Assembly (NCBI GenBank): GCA_964559985.1
Contig: CAZLJX010000003.1
Coordinates: forward strand, 109,416-173,415
Reading direction: 5' to 3'
Source: an uncultured Bacteroidales bacterium
GTDB lineage: Bacteria > Bacteroidota > Bacteroidia > Bacteroidales > CAZLJX01
DNA length: 64,000 nt
Made by a program: the position numbers and the translations under genes. The notes under the pieces were generated by a model. It was not told the DNA's origin and did no database searches. It saw only the letters and a program-made list of their open reading frames with translations. This document shows positions 12,118-22,326 of this stretch, piece by piece; positions within the stretch are counted from its first letter, which is position 1, and every line of letters starts with the position of its first letter.

Positions 12118-12148
12118 CAAAGATAAACACTCATTAGCAGAAAACAAA
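12118..12148 (-). promoter_or_regulatory. Bacteroidota-type promoter of rpsU
   Basis: The minus strand reads TTTG-N19-TATCTTTG followed by CAGTCC, with the -7 box about 35 nt upstream of the rpsU ATG. Exact match to the TTTG/TAnnTTTG consensus. Confidence 0.55.
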
Positions 12149-12193
12149 ATAAAATTTTAACATACAGTTGTAATATTTTGATTTAAAATAATT

Positions 12194-13255
12194 TTAAAGT
12201 TCAATATAGGGTTTTATTTTTTGATAGTTTTCCTTGCTTATCAGTTTGTTTTTCAGCAAAACATCGGGTGATCCGATTTTTTTCATGAGTTTACGGTACG
12301 AAATAATAGCCTTACATTCATCAAATGTTAAATAAGGATGTCGGTTTAGCTGATCGATGGTGGAAGTATTGATATTTATTTTTTTGATTTTAGAAGTATC
12401 GGCTAATAATGCCGGTTCAAAAACGATAAACTGCTGGTGAGTAATGCCTGGAATTTCAAGCAGTTGCGTTTTATTATAAAATCCACCCAGGAATTCACGG
12501 TATCTTATAATTCTTGCAGCTGTGGCAGGGCCAATGCCTTTCATTTTTTCGAGGGTTGCCGAATCGGCTGAATTCAGATCAACCATCGTTTCAGGTTCCT
12601 CTATTTTTAATGAATCGGCCGGTAATTCAATATAAGGTTGCAGCTTCTGAAACAATCCTGGGCCGATGGCATAAATTTTTTCCAGATCGCTTTTCCTTTG
12701 GAATGACCCCCCTGCTTTCTGGTAATTTCGAATTGCCCGGATCTGACCTTCATTCAGGCCAAGGTTAATGAAGTCATCATCAGTAGCTGAGTTGGGATTA
12801 AATAGAAACATTGAACCGGCAGGTTTCTGATCAGGCAATGACATCGTTGGGTTGTCAATAATAACAAATGGTTCTATTGCAGCAAATTGTTCTTCGGAAA
12901 TTACAAAAATCTTTTTTAATTGCTCTTTGCTTTTCAGAGGTTTTGCTTTTTGCACATAATTAAAAATAATACCTGCCTGTTTATGGCTGAATCCCATTTT
13001 GATCCATGATTGCACGCTGGCAGTATCTGGACAGAAAGGTATAATTTCCTTTTTAGAAATTATTGAAGATTCTGACAGGCTTGTATCAATCAATGATTTA
13101 TAGTGAGAAATAACGCTGTCGGCATATTGATTTGAAACAGGCTGATGCGGCTGGTAAAACCGTAACATAAACAGAAACAACATGATTAGAATAAGAACAA
13201 GTAAACCATTGCGTTGTCCGCGTGTAAAAGTGAAATATGTGGTTTTGATATTCAT
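12194..13255 (-). CDS. ComEA-like helix-hairpin-helix DNA-binding protein (N-terminal membrane anchor)
   Basis: 353 aa with an N-terminal TM helix and repeated HhH units (e.g. LNSADSATLEKMKGIGPATAARIIRYRE). Confidence 0.75.
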   Translation of the reverse strand: MNIKTTYFTFTRGQRNGLLVLILIMLFLFMLRFYQPHQPVSNQYADSVISHYKSLIDTSLSESSIISKKEIIPFCPDTASVQSWIKMGFSHKQAGIIFNYVQKAKPLKSKEQLKKIFVISEEQFAAIEPFVIIDNPTMSLPDQKPAGSMFLFNPNSATDDDFINLGLNEGQIRAIRNYQKAGGSFQRKSDLEKIYAIGPGLFQKLQPYIELPADSLKIEEPETMVDLNSADSATLEKMKGIGPATAARIIRYREFLGGFYNKTQLLEIPGITHQQFIVFEPALLADTSKIKKININTSTIDQLNRHPYLTFDECKAIISYRKLMKKIGSPDVLLKNKLISKENYQKIKPYIEL

Positions 13256-13258
13256 TTT

Positions 13259-14611
13259 TCAGAGCCAGTAAAAAAATCCAAACCCATTGAGAAAAACAAG
13301 GATTATGGCAACTGGTGTAAAATACCTCAGGATAAAATGGTACAAACCAAACCAGCGTATACGAAGGGTATTCTGATTGGATAATTCATCTTTTACCAGC
13401 TGCATGGGATAAAACCAGCCTAAAAACAATACAATGCACAAACCTCCGGCTGGCAGCAGTATGTTTGATGACAGGTATTCACAAAGGCCCATCAATGTAA
13501 GGCCCAGCATTTTATATTGACTTAATATACCGTTTGACAGTGAGCAAAATACTCCCAGCAATGTAATTGCCAGCCCTGATGAAAATGTTGCCCATTTCCG
13601 GCTTATGGCAAATTCTTCGGTCATATAGGCCACTACTACCTCAAGCAGCGAAATGGTAGATGTTATTGCAGCAATGGCAAGTAGAATAAAAAAAAGGGTT
13701 CCGAATAAAGAGCCACCACCCATTTGCTGAAAAACAACCGGTAAGGTTTTAAAAACCAGTCCTGGCCCTTCACCAGGCTGAAGCCCAAAGGCAAAAACAG
13801 CAGGAATAATAGCCAGGCCGGCGCAGATGGCGACTATTGTATCAATAATGGAAACCCCAATGGCTGTCATCCCCAAATTGACATCTTTTTTAACATATGA
13901 TCCATAAGTAATTAAAGCACCCATGCCCAGGCTTAATGAAAAAAATGCCTGTCCGAGTGCGGTAATGATGGTTGTTCCTGTGATTTTCGAAAAATCAGGG
14001 GTAAATAGAAAACGGTAACCTTCGCCAGAACCATCTAAAAATAAAGCCCTTGCATCTAGAATGATTATAATTAAAAGCAATAATGGCATAAATATTTTTG
14101 AAAATTTCTCAATTCCGTTTTTTACTCCTGAATATATTATTAGTGCGGTTAAAATCATTACCAGTACCTGCCATAGTACCGGCCTGAGATTACCGGTAAC
14201 AAACATGTCGAAATAATTGCTGATCTGTTGCGGCGATTGGTTTTGAAAAGCATTCACTGCCAGTTGATAAATATATTCGAATGTCCATCCTGCCACCACC
14301 GAATAAAACGATAGGATGACAAAAGATGCTACAATTCCCATAAAACCTACCAGATACCAATATGATCCCGGAGAAAGGCTGCGAAACGAACCAATGGCAT
14401 TGCGTCCGGCCCTCCGGCCAATGGCAAACTCACTCATCATAAGGGGAATGCCTAATAAAAATACGCATACGAGATAAATAATAATAAAAGCAGCTCCACC
14501 ATTTTGTCCTGCGAGATATGGAAAACGCCAGATATTTCCCAAGCCAACCGCTGAACCGGCAGCAGCAATTAAAATGGCAAACCTGCCCGAAAATGTTTCA
14601 CGTGCCTGCAT
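13259..14611 (-). CDS. Sodium-dependent transporter, SNF/NSS family
   Basis: 450 aa, polytopic, with the N-terminal signature AAGSAVGLGNIWRFPYLAGQNGGAAF. Confidence 0.9.
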   Translation of the reverse strand: MQARETFSGRFAILIAAAGSAVGLGNIWRFPYLAGQNGGAAFIIIYLVCVFLLGIPLMMSEFAIGRRAGRNAIGSFRSLSPGSYWYLVGFMGIVASFVILSFYSVVAGWTFEYIYQLAVNAFQNQSPQQISNYFDMFVTGNLRPVLWQVLVMILTALIIYSGVKNGIEKFSKIFMPLLLLIIIILDARALFLDGSGEGYRFLFTPDFSKITGTTIITALGQAFFSLSLGMGALITYGSYVKKDVNLGMTAIGVSIIDTIVAICAGLAIIPAVFAFGLQPGEGPGLVFKTLPVVFQQMGGGSLFGTLFFILLAIAAITSTISLLEVVVAYMTEEFAISRKWATFSSGLAITLLGVFCSLSNGILSQYKMLGLTLMGLCEYLSSNILLPAGGLCIVLFLGWFYPMQLVKDELSNQNTLRIRWFGLYHFILRYFTPVAIILVFLNGFGFFYWL

Positions 14612-14663
14612 ATACCAGATTTTTATTTTTCAATATAATTGTATAGTTCAATGATAAAACAAA

Positions 14664-16979
14664 TTAAAATGGATAACCGATACCTATATTTAATACATAT
14701 AAATCTTTTGTAACGGGAGTGGTTCCAAGCAGCCATTGTTTTCCATATTTTTCCGACGGGTCAAAAGCCTTCAACCCCAGGTCGAGCCTGATCACAAAAT
14801 AGCTTAAATCCATTCTCAAACCCATGCCGGTGCCCAATGCCATTTGTTTATAAAAACGATCGAAATAAAACCTGGCACCGTCGCGTTTTTCATGTGCGCT
14901 GATAGACCAGATATTTCCGCAATCGATAAAAAAAGCTCCTTTCATCACCCAGAAAATATCGAAACGGTATTCGGCATTCAATTCAATTTTAAAATCGGCG
15001 GTCTGGTTTGGAAAAGTTGAAGTAGTGTCAGTATAAATTCCCGGGCCAATTGATTTAACAATCCATCCCCTGATGCTGTTTGCTCCGCCAACATAAAACT
15101 GTTTGATAAAAGGCATTGCTGTGCTGTTTCCGTATGGAACCCCTGCCCCCATAGCAAAACGGTAAACAAAAGAATTACGCTGGTTTATAATATGATAAAA
15201 CCGGAAATCGAAATCAGAAATGGCAAACTGGGCAAAATCGAACCCGCCTACACGGTTTACCGAATCAAGCACAGTTCGTCCCAAACCATAGTTATAAAGC
15301 CATAATCCGTTTCCACCCGTTGATACATTGATTCTGAAATAAAAAAAATTGCCAGGTTTATTGATTTGCTGATTCCGGAAAATATAGGAATATCCCATTT
15401 CAGAAATGAAATAGTTTTTATAGGAATTTATCAGGAAGGTTGATTTGATTTTATCGTAAAATTCAGGGCTGATAGAAAATATCTTCACTGTATTCAGCCG
15501 GATGGGATAAACCTGATGTTGCGAAAAACGATTGGCATCCCAGTAGTATCCGAAGGAGGAGTTTGCAATGGTTCGGGTGTAATCGGGATTTTGCTGGTGG
15601 TTGTACGAAACAGATATGGCGGTACGTGGATTATATTTTTTATAAAAACTATAGAGACGAAAAGGAAGCAGGAACTGGGGCAGGTTAAGTCCGGTTTCGA
15701 GACCATATTCAAAAGTATTGAAACGGAATTTTTTAACCTGATCGCCTTCACTCACTGTTGGCTGGCCCTGAACGGCCAGATGTACCTTTGCATCAAACAC
15801 TTCGGCTCCGCCAAAAACATTACGGTGGGTATACGCTAAATTACTTTCAAGTCCGATAATGCCTGAAGAGTTGTTGCCTTCAAAATCAACCGAATAGCCT
15901 TGCGAGGTAAAAGGAGTTAGCTGGATATAACAATCGAGCTGATTTTCACCATAAGTTGTATCGGGTTCAGCAAACTGGATGTTGATAATTCTGAAAGTTT
16001 TTAAACCATTCAAGAATTTATAGGTTTGTTCAACATTGAGATAATTGTATTGCTGGTCGGGTGTAAGCTGGTTGGCCATAAGGATGACATTGGGATTGAA
16101 TCTCATTTTGTTGCGATAGATAAAATAAAATCCCTTGAAGAATAAAGTATCATATTTTTCATTTAAACGGCGCGTATATCCAAGACCGGGCTCATAATCG
16201 GGATAGAAAAAAACCTCCCTGATACGGTATTTTTTATGATTTTCTTCAATAATTTTCCCATCTTTGCCCTCATATATCATATTGTCAATAAAAACTGTGA
16301 TATTGACAGTACGTGTAGTGTGAAATGTATCGGCTTCGAAACGCACATGATCCTTGGTAAAATAGTAATATCCTATGGTTTTCAGCAGGCGTGATAAACG
16401 GTCACGTTCCTGGTCGAGTTTATCAATATCAAAAAAATCGCCAGACTTAAATAAGCGGTTCGATGAGTCGGAATAAATGAGAGGAGTAAGGAAAGTATCG
16501 TTGAAATGGTAATCAATACGAGAAATCCGGAAAGCTTTGCCGGCCGATATTTTATAGGTCAGGTTAACTTTTTTGTTAAAATAAAAAACTGAATCATGAA
16601 TACGCGATTCGAAATACCCTTTATTCCTGAGATACAATGACATCTGGGTAAGGCTGCGCTGGTTCAGATTAGGGTCAAAAATAACCGGTTCTTCGCCAAT
16701 CACGGTTGCTGTCCATCTGGTAATTTTACCCTGGGGCAGGCTTCTTGAAACATTATAAACCCCGAGATGAAAAGGCACAAAGATCAAAACTTTACGGTTG
16801 GGTTTCTGTTTTATATAACTTAACAGTTCTTCTTTATTGACCTGACGGTTATCGGTTTTCAGCTCAACTTTATTGAGCAGGTATTGTCCATCGGGAACAT
16901 AATACGTTGACCGGCAAGCTGAAAAAGCTGCTAAGACGGCAAAAATGACAAAAAAATATATTGCTTTTTTATAAACCAC
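14664..16979 (-). CDS. Omp85 (BamA/TamA) family outer-membrane protein
   Basis: 771 aa with a signal peptide and lipobox-like AFSAC, a large beta-barrel region and a C-terminal aromatic end (IGIGYPF). Confidence 0.75.
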   Translation of the reverse strand: MVYKKAIYFFVIFAVLAAFSACRSTYYVPDGQYLLNKVELKTDNRQVNKEELLSYIKQKPNRKVLIFVPFHLGVYNVSRSLPQGKITRWTATVIGEEPVIFDPNLNQRSLTQMSLYLRNKGYFESRIHDSVFYFNKKVNLTYKISAGKAFRISRIDYHFNDTFLTPLIYSDSSNRLFKSGDFFDIDKLDQERDRLSRLLKTIGYYYFTKDHVRFEADTFHTTRTVNITVFIDNMIYEGKDGKIIEENHKKYRIREVFFYPDYEPGLGYTRRLNEKYDTLFFKGFYFIYRNKMRFNPNVILMANQLTPDQQYNYLNVEQTYKFLNGLKTFRIINIQFAEPDTTYGENQLDCYIQLTPFTSQGYSVDFEGNNSSGIIGLESNLAYTHRNVFGGAEVFDAKVHLAVQGQPTVSEGDQVKKFRFNTFEYGLETGLNLPQFLLPFRLYSFYKKYNPRTAISVSYNHQQNPDYTRTIANSSFGYYWDANRFSQHQVYPIRLNTVKIFSISPEFYDKIKSTFLINSYKNYFISEMGYSYIFRNQQINKPGNFFYFRINVSTGGNGLWLYNYGLGRTVLDSVNRVGGFDFAQFAISDFDFRFYHIINQRNSFVYRFAMGAGVPYGNSTAMPFIKQFYVGGANSIRGWIVKSIGPGIYTDTTSTFPNQTADFKIELNAEYRFDIFWVMKGAFFIDCGNIWSISAHEKRDGARFYFDRFYKQMALGTGMGLRMDLSYFVIRLDLGLKAFDPSEKYGKQWLLGTTPVTKDLYVLNIGIGYPF

Positions 16980-17034
16980 TAAAATCAGGATAATACGGCC
17001 AATAAATCAAGCACAAATTAATAAATTATTCCAT

Positions 17035-17763
17035 TTATTCGCAATAACCAAGCATATCACAAATAACCACCGACGATAAAAAACAGCCAAACACAGCCGG
17101 CATATAACTGATGGTCCCGGTAATGGTTTTTTTATTCGGTTGGTCACTTTCAATCCATGATTGATGGTTTACTTTTTCGGTAGAATAAACAACTTTAAAA
17201 CCACTGAAAACACCCATTTTATGAAGTCTTTTACGCACCATACGAGCCAGCGGGCAATGGCGGGTTTCTGAAATATCACCAATTGTAATATCACCCACCG
17301 ATAATTTTCCGCCACTTCCCATGGAGCTTACAACTTTAAGGTTATTTTTTAACGCATAATAAATCAGAAAAACTTTTGGCGAAAGGGTATCGATGGCATC
17401 TATCACATAATCAAAATGGCAGGTTGAAACAAGATCAATCAGTTCCTGGTCGCGCAAAAAGCTGTGGATGGATTTTACCTCGCATTCCGGATTTATATCA
17501 CGAAGCCTTTCTTTCATCACGTCGGTTTTTTTCAGCCCTACAGTAGAATGCATGGCAATAACCTGACGGTTAATATTCGTAACATGAATGGTATCACCAT
17601 CAACAATGGTAAGCTTACCGACTCCTGCCCTGCATAACATTTCGGCCGCATACCCACCCACTCCGCCTAAACCGGCAACAAGCACATGGGCATTCTGAAG
17701 TTTAATTATACCGTCATCGCCTGTTAATAAACGTGTACGGTCCATCCATTCAGGAATTGCCAT
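17035..17763 (-). CDS. tcdA: tRNA threonylcarbamoyladenosine dehydratase (ThiF/MoeB/HesA family)
   Basis: 242 aa with a Rossmann motif VLVAGLGGVGGYAAEMLCRAGVGKLTIVDGD and NINRQ. Confidence 0.8.
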   Translation of the reverse strand: MAIPEWMDRTRLLTGDDGIIKLQNAHVLVAGLGGVGGYAAEMLCRAGVGKLTIVDGDTIHVTNINRQVIAMHSTVGLKKTDVMKERLRDINPECEVKSIHSFLRDQELIDLVSTCHFDYVIDAIDTLSPKVFLIYYALKNNLKVVSSMGSGGKLSVGDITIGDISETRHCPLARMVRKRLHKMGVFSGFKVVYSTEKVNHQSWIESDQPNKKTITGTISYMPAVFGCFLSSVVICDMLGYCE

Positions 17764-18421
17764 AAAAACAGTTTTGAAAATTTTTTTCTATGTCAAAAAT
17801 AAGACTATCTAAATTGGCAGATAATATTTCAGCTGCCGCTTTATAAACATTGCCAATGGCAATATTACTTTCATCGGTTTCAAAAAAGAGATGATCAACC
17901 GGTATAACAGGCAGTGACAAAGCAGCTTTTGATTTTTCAATGAGTAAAGCTTCGCCGAAAGAAAAATAAAAATCAAATTTCAGCAACGCTTTAGCCATGT
18001 GAGGTGACTGATTGAACCCATGGATGATCCATGGGTTGCGATGTCTCAATTGTTTTTTTAAGGCTATCAACTCATTAAAATATCTGACACAATGAATAAT
18101 AAGCGGTTTATCAAGCTTGGCTGCCAGTTCAGCCTGACAGGTAAAAACAGCAGTTTGCTTTTCAAGGTTTGGACCACGGACTTTATCCAGACCGCATTCA
18201 CCAATGGCAATCAGGTCTTTATACCTGCCGGCAAGGCTGGCAAGTTCATGTTCGGGAGAGTTTTTATAATCATCAATATACCAGGGATGAAGGCCCGCAG
18301 AAAAAAGCCTGCCGGCAGGACATTCCTTGTGTCTGCCCAGCAGATAATTGAATACCGAATGGCTTTGGCTGGCATCAGGAACTGCATTATGGGTATGAAT
18401 ATCAATAAAACCTGAAATCAT
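17750..18421 (-). CDS. TatD-family metal-dependent hydrolase
   Basis: The track ORF runs to 18583, but the homologous part begins at Met55 (MISGFIDIHTHN, ATG 18421..18419). The longer form would overlap the divergent trmH-like gene and its promoter region. Confidence 0.8.
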   Translation of the reverse strand: MISGFIDIHTHNAVPDASQSHSVFNYLLGRHKECPAGRLFSAGLHPWYIDDYKNSPEHELASLAGRYKDLIAIGECGLDKVRGPNLEKQTAVFTCQAELAAKLDKPLIIHCVRYFNELIALKKQLRHRNPWIIHGFNQSPHMAKALLKFDFYFSFGEALLIEKSKAALSLPVIPVDHLFFETDESNIAIGNVYKAAAEILSANLDSLIFDIEKNFQNCFYGNS

Positions 18422-18464
18422 AAGACAAAAATAAATAAATTTGCCTGTCAGAAAAGCCTGAAAT

Positions 18465-19241
18465 ATGCTAAGCCATTCAAAAATAAAATTTATAAAATCG
18501 TTGGCCATTAAAAAACACAGGGAAACTACAGGATTATTTGTTGTTGAAGGTGTCAAAATGGTAGATGAATTAATTAAAAGCACGCTACAGATTCATTCGG
18601 TTTATTATACCTCATCGTTTCGTGACCATTTACACAATACATCAAAAACATTTTATTCAGAGATGATTACTGATGATGAATTACAACGTATCAGTCATCA
18701 GAAAACACCCAACAAGGTAATTGCCCTGGCCTATATTCCCAGGAAATTCAGTGCCGGTAACAAAGGATTGATGATGGCGCTCGATAACATTCAGGATCCG
18801 GGAAATCTTGGCACCATTGTGAGAACAGCAGCGTGGTTCGGAATAAAAAAAATATACTGCAGTCCCGGGTCGGCTGATATATACAACCCAAAGGCCTTGC
18901 AGTCAACCATGGGAGCTATATTTAACACCGATATTGAATATGTTGCACTGGATCATATATTGAGCAATTTTCATAAGAACCATTTGCCCGTTTACGGAGC
19001 AAGCCTAGATGGTGATAATTTATATACTGCTGAGCTTCATGAAAATGCTGTAATTCTGCTTGGCAATGAGTCGAAAGGAATATCTTCAGAATTAATGCCA
19101 CTGGTAACGAAAAAAATTGTGATACCATTTTATGGCAGTAGTATCATTCATACTGAATCACTCAATGTTTCAATGGCAGCCTCTATTATCTGTGCCGAAT
19201 TCAGGAGAAGGCAGTATGTTGGTCAACCGTACAACCCATAA
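18465..19241 (+). CDS. TrmH/SpoU-family RNA 2'-O-methyltransferase
   Basis: 258 aa with SpoU motifs NIQDPGNLGTIVRTAAWFG, LLGNESKGIS and SLNVSMAASI. Confidence 0.88.
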   Translation: MLSHSKIKFIKSLAIKKHRETTGLFVVEGVKMVDELIKSTLQIHSVYYTSSFRDHLHNTSKTFYSEMITDDELQRISHQKTPNKVIALAYIPRKFSAGNKGLMMALDNIQDPGNLGTIVRTAAWFGIKKIYCSPGSADIYNPKALQSTMGAIFNTDIEYVALDHILSNFHKNHLPVYGASLDGDNLYTAELHENAVILLGNESKGISSELMPLVTKKIVIPFYGSSIIHTESLNVSMAASIICAEFRRRQYVGQPYNP

Positions 19242-20781
19242 ACCTTGCCACTGCGTCAGCTGCCCTTTCACCATCAATGGCCGATGAAACAATGCCTCCG
19301 GAATAACCCGCACCTTCACCGGCCGGAAAAAGCCCTCTTATACCAATATGCATTAGATTTTCACTATCGCGGGGTATTCTGACCGGGCTGCTGGTACGCG
19401 ATTCCACACCGGCAATAATAGATCCTGATGTTATAAAACCTTTCATTTTCCTGTCAAAAGCCAGGAAAGCATCGGCAAGCCTTTGCCTGATGAAAACCGG
19501 GATCCATTCGTGCATCGGAGAACTCACCAGTGCCGGTCGGTATGATGATTCCGGAAGTGTTGAAGAAGTCTTACCTGCCAGAAAATCTGTAAGCCTCTGC
19601 GCCGGGGCAATATGATGCTCTTTACCATGCTTAGCAGCAAGATGTTCGTAATATTTCTGAAACTCAAGGGTTGTCATGGCTTTAAATTGTGCCATACCAT
19701 TGATGCAATCTTCCGGTTTAATTTCAACAACAATGCCTGCATTGGCAAACAGACCGTTCCGTTTTGAGGCCGACATCCCATTAACCACCCTCTCACCAGA
19801 TCCGGTTGAGGCAGGTACAATAAATCCTCCAGGACACATACAAAACGAATAAACACCTCTTCCGGCCGATTGCATTGCAAGCGCATAAGCAGCTGGAGGA
19901 AGGAATTCCATTTCAGAGGCTCCGTGATATTGAATGCGGTTAATCAGTTGCTGGGGATGTTCAACCCTGACCCCCATGGCAAAACCTTTCGGCTGGACCA
20001 GTATCTGCTTTTTTTCAAGCAACTCATATATATCGCGGGCTGAATGCCCGGAGGCAAGTATCACCGATTGTGCCCTGTAAGTATTTCCATCGGAAGTTTT
20101 AATTCCCTCAATGCAATTATTGTTTATTAAAAAATCAATCACTTTTGCATTGAAAAAAAACCTGCCTTCTGAGTGTTCAATGGTATTACGCATTGAGGTA
20201 ATAATTCCCGGCAGTTTATCAGTACCAATATGAGGATGGGCATCATATAAAACCGATTCATTGGCGCCATGGATATAAAACAAGGAAAGGATACGATCAA
20301 TATTCCCTTTTTTGTGCGAACGGGTATATAGTTTCCCATCAGAAAAAGCACCTGCCCCACCTTCACCAAAAGCGTAATTTGAATCCGGGTCGATGGGTTG
20401 ATTGCGATGAATGGAAGCAATATCACGTTTGCGCCCGGAAACCTTTTTTCCCCTTTCAAAAATCAAAGGTTTCAAACCCAGTTCAATGCAACGTAAGGCT
20501 GCAAAAAGGCCGGCAGGACCTGCCCCAATGATGATTACCTCAGGAGCAACTGCAGTATTTTTAAACCTGAATGAATCAAAAGAAGGAAAAACAGGTGGCT
20601 GGTCAGTAATCTGAACTTTAAGATTAACTTTAATAGTTTTTTTCCTGGCATCAATTGACCTGCTTATTATTCTGAAAAAACCACCCTGTCTGATACCCGA
20701 TTTTGACAGCGCTTTGCTGAAAACCTTTTCATTATCCGAAGCTTCAGCCGGCGACAGGCACAGATCAATGATGATGGACAT
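19201..20781 (-). CDS. FAD-dependent oxidoreductase (COG2509-like)
   Basis: 526 aa with a dinucleotide-binding motif VIIIGAGPAGLFAALRC. Its 3' end overlaps the convergent trmH-like gene by 41 nt. Confidence 0.75.
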   Translation of the reverse strand: MSIIIDLCLSPAEASDNEKVFSKALSKSGIRQGGFFRIISRSIDARKKTIKVNLKVQITDQPPVFPSFDSFRFKNTAVAPEVIIIGAGPAGLFAALRCIELGLKPLIFERGKKVSGRKRDIASIHRNQPIDPDSNYAFGEGGAGAFSDGKLYTRSHKKGNIDRILSLFYIHGANESVLYDAHPHIGTDKLPGIITSMRNTIEHSEGRFFFNAKVIDFLINNNCIEGIKTSDGNTYRAQSVILASGHSARDIYELLEKKQILVQPKGFAMGVRVEHPQQLINRIQYHGASEMEFLPPAAYALAMQSAGRGVYSFCMCPGGFIVPASTGSGERVVNGMSASKRNGLFANAGIVVEIKPEDCINGMAQFKAMTTLEFQKYYEHLAAKHGKEHHIAPAQRLTDFLAGKTSSTLPESSYRPALVSSPMHEWIPVFIRQRLADAFLAFDRKMKGFITSGSIIAGVESRTSSPVRIPRDSENLMHIGIRGLFPAGEGAGYSGGIVSSAIDGERAADAVARFMGCTVDQHTAFS

Positions 20782-20784
20782 AGA

Positions 20785-21528
20785 TTATTCGAAATAAAAA
20801 CCCAATGTCAGAATTTTTGATGTCATTTTATCAATGGCTTTGGTATAGATGGTCTCATCCTCCTTCACCACGTCATTCAAACCAATGCTTAATTTCAGCT
20901 CGGTAGAAAATTTAAAATACACCATATAATAATCAATCCCAAAACCCAATTCGAAATATAAATCCGGACGGACAAGCCTGATTTTGGGCATCTCTTCAGC
21001 TTTTATTTTTTTTTGGGATTCCAGGTCGTAACTTGGATTGAGGCCGGCAATCAGGTATGGGCGGTAATTATTGACCCTGGCCGACCTGTATTTGATCAAA
21101 AAAGGTAACTGCAGGAAAGTAGATTCAATTTTCATGGTATGCCACGATTCTGTTTTTATCCCATTTTGAATGGTATCTCTTTTGTATGCCAGATCGCGCT
21201 GACCGAAAGCAAGGCCGGGAGTAAACCGCAAGTCCCAGTAATCGCCAAGACGCAGGTTGGTTACAATGTTGATATTAAATCCAAGGTTTCGCTGTGGAAT
21301 AATGGCATAAATATGTTCTGGTGCAGCAGGGTCATGATTCAGCAAAATTTCAGAAGGGTGAATGGAAAAATCCATAACATTCAACCCAAGCATGATGCCA
21401 AAATGGAACCAGTAAACATCGTAGCCGGGTTTATTTATAACCTGAATCTTTTTCTGGGCATGGCTTTGTGAAGCATTGACCAGCAAACCTGTTATGATTA
21501 TAAATACAAAAAAATACCGCTGCTTCAT
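20785..21528 (-). CDS. porT: PorT-family outer-membrane beta-barrel protein (T9SS-associated)
   Basis: 247 aa with a signal peptide and a PorT-like N-terminal block (KPGYDVYWFHFGIMLGLN). Lies immediately downstream of ubiE, as is common in Bacteroidota. Confidence 0.7.
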   Translation of the reverse strand: MKQRYFFVFIIITGLLVNASQSHAQKKIQVINKPGYDVYWFHFGIMLGLNVMDFSIHPSEILLNHDPAAPEHIYAIIPQRNLGFNINIVTNLRLGDYWDLRFTPGLAFGQRDLAYKRDTIQNGIKTESWHTMKIESTFLQLPFLIKYRSARVNNYRPYLIAGLNPSYDLESQKKIKAEEMPKIRLVRPDLYFELGFGIDYYMVYFKFSTELKLSIGLNDVVKEDETIYTKAIDKMTSKILTLGFYFE

Positions 21529-21540
21529 GTATTTACCTGG

Positions 21541-22278
21541 TTAAATATTTGGTTTTTCAGCTTTGTAAAGATAAGCAATTCCTCCCGATAATTGAAAAAA
21601 TGCCATCCGGGTAAATCCTGCTGCAGATATTTCATTGACAAAATTTTCGCCATAAGGGAATGCTGTAACCGACCTGTTCAGGTAACGGTATGCCTTTCGG
21701 CTGCCCGAAATAATGCCACCAGCAAAAGGCAGAAAATATTTAAAATAACAGGCATAAAACCATTTGATAAATCCTTTTTCAGGCATGCCAAACTCAAGAA
21801 TAAGCAATACTGCCCCGGGTTTCATCACCCGCATAAACTCGACAAACGATTTTTGCCTGTCCTCAAAATTCCGGATTCCAAAGGCCATTATTACTGCATT
21901 GAATGTGGAAGCAGGAAATGGGATATTTTCCGAATCACCAGGTATTAAATTAATCATGCCTGATAGTCCGGCACGCCTGATTTTTTCGGCTCCGATTTGC
22001 AGCATTTTTTCCGAAATATCAATTGCAGAAACTGGCACGTCTATAGTTTTGGCTGTCAATATGGCAAGGTCAGCAGTACCTGTTGCCACATCAAGAATAT
22101 GGACATTACTGTCAGCTTTTAGAAATTCCAGTTCCTTCACAAGGGCTTTTCGCCAGCGCTTATCAATACCACCGGAAAGCAGGTGATTAAGCAAATCATA
22201 GGTTGGTGCAATGCTGTTGAACATGCTTCTTACACCGGTCTTTTCCGGATATTTTATTTCCTTTTTAATTTCCTCCAT
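21541..22278 (-). CDS. ubiE: Demethylmenaquinone methyltransferase UbiE/MenG
   Basis: 245 aa with MFNSIAPTYDLLNHLLSGGIDKRWRK and the SAM-binding motif ILDVATGTAD. Confidence 0.92.
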   Translation of the reverse strand: MEEIKKEIKYPEKTGVRSMFNSIAPTYDLLNHLLSGGIDKRWRKALVKELEFLKADSNVHILDVATGTADLAILTAKTIDVPVSAIDISEKMLQIGAEKIRRAGLSGMINLIPGDSENIPFPASTFNAVIMAFGIRNFEDRQKSFVEFMRVMKPGAVLLILEFGMPEKGFIKWFYACYFKYFLPFAGGIISGSRKAYRYLNRSVTAFPYGENFVNEISAAGFTRMAFFQLSGGIAYLYKAEKPNI

Positions 22279-22326
22279 GAATTATCAAACGAAAAATACC
22301 CTCTGAAATTATATCGATACGAACTG

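Noticed and set aside
17750-18583. Long N-terminal extensions suggested by the track for tatD (to 18583), the membrane protein (from 22183), elbB (to 32774), mpl (from 32762), the T9SS protein (to 29700), the NAD(P)-binding protein (from 39278), gcvH (from 41668), waaA (from 53432) and nrdJ (from 54886).
   Set aside because: The extensions overlap divergent neighbours or promoters, or precede the point where family-typical sequence or a signal peptide begins. I chose internal Met starts instead.
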